A stretch of DNA of 57,704 nucleotides, filler included, from Basidiobolus ranarum (lineage: Eukaryota), in NCBI GenBank assembly GCA_040143965.1. It is 4 parts of 4 records of this genome, joined end to end, with 100 filler letters (N's around TTAATTAATTAA, not from the genome) between each part and the next. Parts side by side here need not be neighbours in the genome. Positions count along the whole stretch, not along the records: positions 1 to 14,377 come from JASJQH010000427.1; positions 14,478 to 28,840 come from JASJQH010000428.1; 2 more parts are not named here. The stretch is one strand, 5' to 3'. A model generated the notes under the pieces. The model had not been told where the DNA came from. It did no database searches and worked only from the letters and a program-made list of their open reading frames with translations. The translations under genes and the position numbers were made by a program. Positions 12,945-23,433 of this stretch are shown piece by piece. Position 1 is the first letter of the stretch. The number at the start of each line of letters is the position of its first letter.

Positions 12945-13443
12945 CTATACTAAATCAGAAACTTCCTCTTCTCTGCAAATGTTCTCTCGCGGAAGTTCTA
13001 AAAGGATACCCGATGTTCTAAAAAATAGTATGTGTATTGTGTTAATGCTTTTCAAAGTCAAAGTAAAGTAAGGATGGAGTGCCTTGGTTGATTCGTAGTG
13101 AGCGATCCTCTCCAAGGGGATGAGAATTAGTGAAAACGATAAAGTAAGGCCAAGTAACGCGAACAGCAATGAGCTCTATAAAGATGAAGTCGGTAGGTAC
13201 TTTGAGTGGTTTCCTTTAGGTCAACAGGCTAAAGAAGACAGAGCAAACCTTATTTGTGGTGGAAGGGAAATCGAGCAAGACTTCGTAAAATTCGTAAAAC
13301 AGATCAATATTCGAAGTCAAATAACCAAGTGCAAAAGATATCACAACAACCGCTGCCCAACAGTTCATAAGATAGAGAGGTCGTTCGTTCTTTGGAACTG
13401 TCCGATATTTTCGAGTGAGGTTAGACTCTGTTAAATGATACAT
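12945..13443 (-). CDS. Small hypothetical membrane protein (about 140 aa, 2 exons, 2 hydrophobic segments)
   Basis: ORFs 13216-13443 and 12945-13169 can be joined by a GTTTGC..TTTATAG intron (about 13248-13176), giving ..STTNK|SSLLFALLGLTLSFSLILIP.. No family recognised. Confidence 0.45.
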
Positions 13444-13759
13444 TTTTGGGGATTTTCCGATATTAGCTCAATAATCAATTAATACGATAGACTTAGCTAA
13501 ATCTATATAGCCCCTATCGTGATTAAATCCATCAACTAATATGGACCAGTCATTTGTTTGGTCGTTGGTCGTTCGGTATTTATGATTGTCAGTACCTTAT
13601 CTGGATATACTATTTGTATTCACCCTAAAATCAGCAACAGAATCATATTTGTTATCCCTGTTCTTATCACATTTATGTTAATTGATGTTTATTACCCAAA
13701 TAAAACTTCAAAATTTGTCCATGCTGATAGCGTATACAGTGGTATGACAAGGGAAATCA

Positions 13760-14377
13760 TTTAACTGAACTTTTTCTATTAATCTAGGATTTCAATATAT
13801 ATATATATGTAACTGTATTTATGATCTCCTCACTTGATGAAGAACCCTTATTGTTCATCAGCTGTTAACCATCTATTATTGGCTAAAAAACTTAGTAAAA
13901 ATTTCTTGCTTGTAATAGGATGATTTTCACAGTGCTCAATAAAATATTCCGGTCTTCATTCATCATATTTTGATCAAATTTAGCCACTCTTCTATAATAC
14001 ATTGATTCACAATGTGAGGAGTAATATCTGCCATATTATATTGTATTTGTTAAAGTATTTGGGAGCCTGTTGGAAGTGGTTGGGATAATTAGAGGAATTG
14101 GTGGTTTTCACTTGTTGATTTATTGATTAGAAAGTTGACATTTATAGTTTTGTCAAGATGTGTTGGAGGATCTTGACATAATGGGGATAGACTTTGAGTA
14201 TTAGAAGCAACTTATGATAGTGTGTTTTAGTTATTTTATTCTTAAGAGCATATGGTGAATTATATAATTGAAAAGTAAATCAATTGCTTGAGATATTCAG
14301 GAGTTTGTGTAATAAGACATACTTGTTTTATAGATATAGAGATATTGCTATATAGAATATAGGGGCTATAGATATGT
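13760..14377. mobile_element. CpG-depleted dispersed repeat, probably a transposon remnant, at the end of contig 1
   Basis: About 14048-14110 matches the reverse complement of 28942-29005, and about 14160-14375 matches the reverse complement of 44596-44838. I found only one CG dinucleotide in about 600 bp. Confidence 0.7.
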
Positions 14378-14477
14378 NNNNNNNNNNNNNNNNNNNNNNN
14401 NNNNNNNNNNNNNNNNNNNNNTTAATTAATTAANNNNNNNNNNNNNNNNNNNNNNNNNNNNNNNNNNNNNNNNNNNN
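14378..14477. other. Artificial contig spacer N44-TTAATTAATTAA-N44
   Basis: Exactly 100 bp; the core has stops in all six frames; identical to the other two spacers. Confidence 0.99.
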
Positions 14478-17400
14478 CTATGGCTGCCTTATCTGTTACT
14501 CTTACCCCCCGGCTCCAACCGGAAAATAATTTTGTTTATCAGAAATTATAGTTCTTTGGACCAATGCATTCATATGTAATCGATTACTTGTATAAGAGCA
14601 CCTACGGGGAAAGACAAATAGAATGGTTTAACGAGGATGTGTTAGATCTCTTCCGAGCTTCTCTTACCTTTCTTTCGGTCTGCTGTTGCGATGATCGCGA
14701 ACTGCAAGGTACGGTTCTCATCCAAAATATCGATCTTTTGTTAGAGCTTGTGTCCTATGATAAAAGAATGACAGCACCGTTGATCGACATCTTTTCCAAG
14801 AGCGTAAACCTATGCTTGAGGGTAGAGGAGCGTCATATGCAACGACTACTTGAGCTTTCACAGGGTTATCGTGGTGAATATCTTTGCTTACTTCGAGCCT
14901 TAGTAAAGGTTTCAGGAAAGATCATCAAACGAAATCAACTTTATATTGCCGATTTACTGTTGGAAAAAAAAGATGAATATATAGTACTTGAGGCAGTTCA
15001 AGACTCGAAATCTGAATCATATCTCCATCCACCTCCAACTTCGTACCAAGCAGCATTGATCGATTTAATGGCTACTTGTGCTGAGGGAGAAAACAGTCTT
15101 CAATCCATCTTCCAATCAATCCTTCCCGCTAAGAAAGTCTTGGATGCGTTGGTTAATCAGAAGGCAGATTATTTGATGGAAAGATCGTATTTACGCTTCT
15201 TTATCGCTGTTTACCTATGGACCAGTCGACAAGGAACCACGGGTACTAGTTATATATTTGAAAATCCATTAATTTGGACTTACGTAGGAAAGCTGTGCAA
15301 CTTGTTGACTTCATTTAACCAAGACTTAAGAAATCCCGATATTCATGAAGATGACGTAGAGATAAGAAACAAATCAGCATACGTATACGAGGCGATTCTG
15401 ATATTTTTGAGACTGTTATTTGATATTTACTTCTCATCTCAAAAAAGTCCAGTCGCACAATTTGACGTCGCTGAAGATCGGAAAGAATTAGGCAACCGAA
15501 TTGTGGATGAGTTGGCGTCATTTGCAGAGTTGCCACCAAAATGTTCGAGACATTAGAAACACCTTATCAATTGATTGGATACACTTATTGTTTATGCAAG
15601 TCTATACGGAGATAAAAAGAAGACAGTATCTAAAGCGCTTTACAACTCTCTGAGAGTTGCTCAACCGCAAAGAACTAGGGTCGAAAGTTTATCCTCTGCA
15701 TTAGGTCAATTGAACAAGAACTTCCAGGAATTTCTCCATCGAATCATAACTTCCGGTAGAATCGTGGACTTGGAGAAAGAGGAATTCCGCCAACTAAGTC
15801 TTCATTTTCCATTAGAAGAATTTCAAACTCAAGGGGAATACTCCATCGTCTCATTGGTAGAGTATCTGTCCGGTAGACTGAACGATGTAGAGGATTTCAG
15901 AAAGGAATTGTACGATATTCGTACAATGAGGATTTTAGGAAATCTTGTCACCAATGTCACAGATGAGATCGACCAAATTCATTACTTGGATTGTCCCTTG
16001 GACCGGGTCCGGTTACAGAAACGAAAAACCGAACTTCAAAATAAGTTGAATAGACTGGGCTGTACCCTGATGGCAGAGAAACTTCTGTCCTCGAATAGCC
16101 AACAAATCTACATTAGTGCCATGAAGTTATTGAATGCCATACTCGATGGTGGTAACAAGAAAGTTCAGGTGGGGATTGGAAATCATCTGATTTATTTTAT
16201 CAGCACTCCGACTTGTATTAACACTTCCTCTTAGGATACTCTTGAGAACTATTTCTTAGGATCAAGGTAAAAAAACGGCCTAGTAACTATCGATTCAATT
16301 TGTAGGTCTTTTTTAAACTCTATTATTGACTTTAGGGTAGAACGATTCTTTTACTGCGTCCACCATAAGTTACGAGAAGGAATTCTTTCTCTTCGTAAGG
16401 CTAAAGAGCTACTTATCATGGATGCTAAAAAGAGAGAGAGAAGCTCCACCCTCTCGTCTAAAATCAGACGCAGGCTACGAGGTCATAAGAGTGGACTCTC
16501 TGTTAGTACATCAACTTTTTTGAATCAGATACTCTCCCATTCAGACGACGTTCCCATCATAACCCTTAATTCGTCACTTCCCAAGGAAGACAACAAGATC
16601 TCCAAGTACCTTCAGCTTGAGGATAAGTCAGATCTCGGCACCACCGCCCAGGATTTTGAAGCAATTTGCCATCTTATGAGATTACTACAGCTGATGGTGG
16701 AAGGGCACAACTACAGTTTACAAACCTATTTCAGTGCCCAGGGCGATAACATCAAAAGCTTCAATTTGGTTACTGGTGTAGTTGATTATTTACATGCGAT
16801 TGTGCCTATTACTAGTCTTCAAGATGAAAATTTAATTTTCCAAACTATGCCAGTTATAACTCAAGTGTTCGATACCATTATCGAAATGGTGCAAGGGTGT
16901 ATCTCAAATCAAGTAAGCATTTTCAATGCCAAAATCGTTCAATCGGTCAATATCATTCTTCGTGAACCTTTTCATCAATGCCCCGCAGAACAGGCAGTAG
17001 AACTTAAGGGGAAGGCGGTCTTATGTCTGTTAAGTTTACTAGAGGGAGGAAATATCGAGGCTAAATCAATCTTTAGAGAAATGGCTAACACCCTAGATCT
17101 AGATACTGTCAATCGTAATTTACGAAACTTGTTTGAACAGAGTAAAAATGACACTTGGAAACCCGGGAAGCAATCAGCTATCGACTCAGGGTTTCTATAT
17201 TGTATGCTGATTATGACATTGTTTCCTGCGCTTACTAAAGAACAGCAATATCGCTTACAAAGTGAACCTGCATTCAGCTTCTTTAAGAGGAATACTGGAC
17301 AAATTGAGATTATTCGAGAGCTCTCGCCTGGTGATAAGAGGGTAGTACCTGTACTCTTCCCAATCCCGGAGGTTTGTAGATATCTGCGGGAGGATACAAA

Positions 17401-19072
17401 AGAGCATTTCCTTTGGAATGTAAAGAGAGATTCGGCAGATGTCAAGATTGAAGATTTCGTCACTAAATCTGAGGATATTATATATGAAATTGAAAGTCAA
17501 GCCAGAGTTGCTAGAAATCATTACCTCTCAACGCTGTCTGGATACCATTCTTTGTGGTGGCAGGGGGCCTATTTGATGACACTCTTACTTAATGTTATAG
17601 GACTAATGTGTGCAACGGCTCCAGAAAGTACCGCCGTCAACGGCACTGGGAATGGTGAATTGTTTTTAGGATATGGATGCTATTGGTTTACAGAAACACT
17701 AAGGATGTGCTTTGGATTAATCCACCTGTTGCTCTGGATACTTTCTTCCGGGGAGTTTCTACTTATTCAGCTGCCAATTCTTATCAATAGAAAACGATTG
17801 GAAAAGTCAAATCAAATAAGGAAGCAGAAGGCCAAAGAAGAGGCACATCTACAATCACTTGAAACTGGCTTTATGAATGATGAAGAAACCTCGGATGTTC
17901 ACCATGACAATTCAACTGATCCATTCAATGTTCTTCTATCGGAGGGAGATACTCTTTCACCATCTGTAAGTTCAGTTTTGCTTACTGCCTCTATGACTCA
18001 TTGATTTATCTGCTAACAATTTTATTGCCTAGAACTTGATGGAAAAAATCTTGTATTTCATCACAGAACCCAAAGCACTTTATCATGTGTTTATGGTTGT
18101 ACTGTCTGTCGGTGGTATTCGCTACCATATGTTGTATTCTATCCACTTGTTAGACTTCATATACAGAGATCAAATACTTCAAGGAGTCATTGCCAGCGTT
18201 ACTGTCAATATCAACTCCTTAACGAAAACGGTAAATATTCATTTCATTGTAGTTCTTCAACATCTCTCCCCATAGATGGCATAGCCCTGGAAAAGAAATA
18301 AGGCTAACTTCGTATGAGCGTCTAGGTTTTACTCGGTGTAATTATTGTATATGCGTACTCAGTTGTAGGATTTGTTTACTTCCGCCATTCTTTTGACAGT
18401 GAGCAAGGATTTTACTGTGACACACTTTTCGATTGTTTTATTACCGTCCTCTCTTATGGGTATGTTTATCCTTGATCTCTTATCTTTCTAAATCTTTCGG
18501 TAACCCATTGAATATGATTCTTAACTAGTATTCGAGCAGGTGGTGGATTAGGAGACGTTCTACAAGCCCCTGTACATGGAGATAATTCATATGCTTACAG
18601 AATTGTCTTGGATTTGTCTTTCTTCCTTATTGTCATCGTTTTCCTTCTCAATGCGATCTTTGGTATAATCTTTGATACATTTGGTAGTCTAAGAGATGAG
18701 AGATCGTCCATACAGAATGATATGAAGAGCGTGTGCTTCATTTGCAACATCAGTGCTACCGAATTCCAAAAGCATGCCAAAGGATTTGAACATCATATCA
18801 AGCATGACCATAATATTTGGCAATATCTATTTTTCTTGGTTCATTTAAAAACGAAGGACGTCACAGAATATACTTCCCAAGAATCTTACGTAGCGGAGAT
18901 GCTGAAAGACAGTGATTACAGTTTCTTCCCGGTGAATCGAGCGTTATGTCTTCGTCAACGAGAAAAACACGATGATCAACGTATTGCCAACTTAGAAGAA
19001 ATGATCACTAGTCTTAACACTCGCATTGAACAGACATCCATCTCACAAACAACGAAATCCAAACATTATTAG
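14478..19072 (+). CDS. Inositol 1,4,5-trisphosphate receptor / ryanodine receptor family Ca2+ release channel, C-terminal part; 5' truncated, contains in-frame stops (possible pseudogene)
   Basis: RIH-like LIDLMATCAEGEN; LQNKLNRLG..LLNAILDGGNKKVQ; RIH-associated LMRLLQLMVEGHNYSLQTYF..FNLV and IIEMVQG..NQ; GQIEIIR..VLFPIP; pore CDTLFDCFITVLSYG|IRAGGGLGDVL; S6 LLNAIFGIIFDTFGSLR; Zn finger CFIC..HHIKHDHN; TEYTSQESYV. Confidence 0.93.
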
Positions 19073-20175
19073 CACATATAAGTGACTTCACTTTTCTTAC
19101 TTTTAATATACATATGATTTCTCATAAACATTTAAGGAGAATTTCCGACTTCTGTATTAATATGTATACATTATAGTACTATATACAAATTTACACAGAA
19201 AGGAACCACTCTTGCAGCTGTACACGTTGTATTTCTCTTGCTCTACTTCTACAATCTATTGATCGAGTGACAAGTATTCCAGAACAAAATTCGTTGGTTT
19301 GCTGAATAAATTTCCCGATCATCAACATGGGTTAGAATAGTGACTAGTCAATTATCAATAAGTAGTCGAATAATCCATTGGGAACCTTGAATTCGACGAT
19401 TATTTGATTGGTTCTTTGTAAAAATTAACTTATAGTGGTGGAGGTATAGTAACTGAGATTAATCAGAGAATTCACTGGAATATGTCTATTTAAACTAATA
19501 TGCGCTTCACTATTCTGTGGGTTTTGAACAGAAAATCGAGAATTTCCGAAACCCTCACAATCATAGCCCAGGCCAGCCCAAGCAAGGCAAAAATATGACA
19601 TGACCCATTGCTCAATATTAGGCTTGATGACATGAGACATGCTGACTTAATCTAACTGAAAGGTCATCGATATAGCACCAAGAGTGAAATACTACATACA
19701 TATATCTGTTACGAAATTCAATGAATTACTATACTACAATAAAATACCCACTTGTAGAGCATATGATTCATCTAATTACTCCCCAAATGGACGAATCCTG
19801 AATCGACTTCGTGAATCCGATGATGTATTATATTGGAAGCATGAATTATGTGACGCAATTTCATCCACATTTCCCCCTAACTTTAGTCGCTATCAATAAG
19901 GATTTGCAACTAACTTGGAAATAGACTGTCATCCTCGGATCACGTGACTCGACGGTTACTCTAGGTGGTGGAATAAAAGAAGGAATTTAAATATACAGTA
20001 CATAATAAGCACACGATCATTTCAAACATCAGCGATAGGAGTTCAAGTGTTTACTATTCACACCATCACCGTCATCTTCAAGTTCATTTAAGAAGTAATG
20101 AAAGGAGAATGTATATAAAAGAGAGGTCACTCTTATCATCTTAGAATCATTATTATCCATCATCATCTTACTATC

Positions 20176-20545
20176 ATGTTCACTATAACCAACACTGCCC
20201 GCCCTTCCATTCAAATATATAACCGATTTATCTCGCTTACACCCCGTTTCTATGCTGGGAGATTCTCCTCTAATATGTCCGATAACGATCCCGATGTTCT
20301 AGAGAAAGAAAAACAAAAGAATCTACGCGGTGAAACCAAAGGAACCATTAAAAATCATCCAGGATGGAATGAGAAATTAGCTAGTCATTCGGAAGCTAGT
20401 GTAAGTAAATCCACAAAAAGTCTCGCCAACCTAACCCATCTAACTCACACTATTATCTTAGGTCAAAGCAGATCGTACACCTGAAGTCCCTGCTGAGCAA
20501 ATGCAAAAGGAAACGGTCGAACACATTAAAAATAACAACAAATAA
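20176..20545 (+). CDS. Small conserved fungal protein of unknown function, probably mitochondrial (2 exons)
   Basis: Arg/Ser/Thr-rich N-terminus lacking acidic residues (presequence-like); GWNEKLASHSEAS|VKADR motif across GTAAGT..TAG intron 20401-20461. Confidence 0.7.
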
Positions 20546-21403
20546 TTACTCTTTCCTTTGTACCCTGTGAATAATAAATACTATCTCTTATTATTCTACC
20601 CTGGTTAACGAGAATGGTCACAATAATATAAATCATAAAAAATTGTTGTACTTCTACATGAACTTCGAAGTTCCATATGTAAATAACTAATATGAAATTT
20701 CACAACCACTACACATATCACAATTCAATTATTTGGATTTCAATGATTTCAGCGTTATATAACTCCAACAAGTTACACGAGGGGATGATCAGGGCCCACG
20801 CATAAAGGCATTGAAGCTGGTGGATTGGCATAAACATATACTTTTGTCTCTTAAACGATGGGCAAGCCTAGGAATTCTCCTTGGACAGTTATATCACATC
20901 TTGTAACTTTTTAACGATTATAGCGTAGTTTAATAACTATATAATGCATGACCTTCTCACTCATTAAATCCAATGGTATCAAATCACATACATACATGGT
21001 TGTTTACTGTAAATGATTTCTGATAACATATTATAATTTCATTTCCGTAGAGCAAGATTGTATATGTGAGGAGCACCTTTATTCTGTAGAAAATCAAGAT
21101 ATTTAGATGTCAATTGGGGCTAATACATACAAGGTACTACTACTACTACCACATCTAGGACCTTTAAAAAACTCGACCGAGTGTTTTGACTCATCATTAA
21201 GCATGATAAGAAGATGGCCTGTGAAAATTCATTATACAGTGTGGAAGTTACCAGTCTAACTTGTTATGACGAGATGAGATAAAGGCCTCTTAGCACGCTA
21301 TTGTGAAAAAAGATCGGTTTGAGATATCGAATGTGAGTGGACTTTCTCTCGGTCGTTACTTTGGTGACTCGAAATATGTTGAGTGAAGATGGATTCAATT
21401 GGC

Positions 21404-22333
21404 TTAGTAGCTAACTGAAAGTGCATTTTTTTTAACTTCTTTATGATGTGGCCCACAGTAAACGAAAAAGGTGTAGACAATTCCGCCCAAGATACCGCCT
21501 ACTATGGGACCCACTATCGGCACCCAAAAGTAATAATTATACGCTGTAAAACTTTCCCTTCCCCAGCCAGCGATGAGTAAAAATAACCGTGGGCCTAGAT
21601 CACGAGCGGGGTTGAGAGCGTACCCGGTCAAGTACCCAGTACTTATCCCAATTACCATCAATGTGAGACCTAGAAATATGGGAGCAAACTCCACCAAATT
21701 ATGCCTTTTCATATCTTCAACTGCGAATATAGCCATCACTAAAACCGAGGTAGACAAAATTTCTGTCCATACTGCATTTCCATTGTTAATGAAAGGTAGT
21801 GGGTATGTTGCAAAAAACCCGGCTGATCCTAAATCTCCAGTCACTCTTCTTACACCCCCATCAAAATTGTCAATGGCCGGATAGAATACACTGTAAACTA
21901 ATGCGGCTCCAATAAACGCTCCGAGTATTTGGGAAATAATATAGCCAGGTACTTTGCGAAGGGGGAATCCTTTAAGTAACCACAACGCTATCGTTAAGGC
22001 AGGATTAAGGTGAGCACCTGATATCCCGGCATTAGCATAAATTGCAATACTGAAGGCGAAACCAAATCCGATATTAATGCTTAACCAAGACCCAGCAGCG
22101 CCTTTCATATTTACATGAACTTGAGTTACTACTGATAAGCCTAGAAACACTAATATAGCCGTACTGAAGAACTCTGCTAAGTAGCACCGATAAAGCGAAC
22201 GTATCTTTCCCCAAACTGGAAAATATTCCCCGTGTAAGTAAGCTTTAATCCCCAGATGCTCACTATGTACATTGCTGGGTTGAACCTCTGGTGTGTCCAT
22301 TGCGACGATAGACTGTGGCTGGTTATAGTTCAT
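21404..22333 (-). CDS. Aquaglyceroporin (MIP family, GlpF/AQP3-like), intronless
   Basis: ISGAHLNPA and GYALNPARDLGPR motifs, AGFFATYP loop, six hydrophobic helices, YFWVPIVGP. Confidence 0.95.
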   Translation of the reverse strand: MNYNQPQSIVAMDTPEVQPSNVHSEHLGIKAYLHGEYFPVWGKIRSLYRCYLAEFFSTAILVFLGLSVVTQVHVNMKGAAGSWLSINIGFGFAFSIAIYANAGISGAHLNPALTIALWLLKGFPLRKVPGYIISQILGAFIGAALVYSVFYPAIDNFDGGVRRVTGDLGSAGFFATYPLPFINNGNAVWTEILSTSVLVMAIFAVEDMKRHNLVEFAPIFLGLTLMVIGISTGYLTGYALNPARDLGPRLFLLIAGWGRESFTAYNYYFWVPIVGPIVGGILGGIVYTFFVYCGPHHKEVKKNALSVSY

Positions 22334-23433
22334 GTGGATGTGTTGAGAAATAGTCGGACAAAAAGGTCGATTAAAAGAAATGCCAGAGCTTTGGCTTATA
22401 TACCTCCATCTTGATTAACAATTTCTCTAGTAGCAGTGAACGGAACCCAACTAAACGTTTAAGTATATGTTTGAAATTTTCTGAATCAAGTTTAAGGCCC
22501 ATCAGGAGAGATGAATAATCATTTTTGAATTTTTTTAGACAATTGCTAGAGTAGCGTGGAACCAACACCACTATAGATAGTCAAATATTGAGCATCTCCA
22601 ATCTCCCCTGCATATTTTGCACTTGGAACCATCGACATAAGGGTAGCCCTTGCTACTTTCAAGGACGAATAAATCCTTTTTCAGAAGAGAGTAATTAGTG
22701 CTTCGTACCTAACACCAGTACCACAGGATTGGCGTACTATAAAGAAAGCAATTTACAAATACGAAATATTGACTTCCTCTAACATCATTAAGAGCACGAC
22801 TTGAACACTACAAATCTACATATTCTTCGTCTCTCTTTAGGTTAAAACCCTGTATGTAAGCACATCAATCAAGCTATATTGAGTGAATTTCAATGTGGCC
22901 AGCAAACACGCCATAATAAATCGCCATCACATGAACGTGCAAATGAATTAATGTTCATCAATTTGAACATCATCCCAGACCTTTACTGCTTCATCTTCTC
23001 ATTACTAGTGGCATATAGTGCAGACCCAATGTTGCTCAAGACTTTCCCTTGATATTAAAAATGATGTACTCCCAAAGAGAATGGCTGATAGTGAACAGAT
23101 GTTTGGTAAACACTCATAAAATCTACGGTATTTGTGGATCTAGCGAAGCTCAAAGTTCAAGGGAACCAATATCGTTCGACACCTCTGTTAATTACACTTG
23201 ATTTTCACGAAATATACGCGAGATATTAGTGCTACACTAACTTGAAAGTACTGGCTCTCGTAACTGAGAATTCCATCGAATCCATCTCCTAAGAGGATTC
23301 AGCAAAGCAAGACCATGGTAATTCCTGTTTCAATGGGAGGGGGAGAAGGGATCTACAGATTAAAGGGAGAAATATTTATGGAATTCTTTTATTGGGTTCT
23401 AAAAATATGTGGAAAGCCTCGTTCCGGTTAATA

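Noticed and set aside
13501-14374. Possible terminal inverted repeat (ATCTATATAGCCCCTAT at 13501 versus ATAGGGGCTATAGAT near 14359)
   Set aside because: Short and imperfect; the right copy abuts the contig end so no TSD can be tested, and the same motif is internal in the contig 4 repeat copy.
14422-14433. TTAATTAATTAA palindrome as a biological site
   Set aside because: Embedded in N runs and repeated identically three times; an assembly linker.
15572-15574. In-frame TGA as selenocysteine
   Set aside because: An in-frame TAG lies six codons upstream, there is no redox motif context, and I could not identify a SECIS element.
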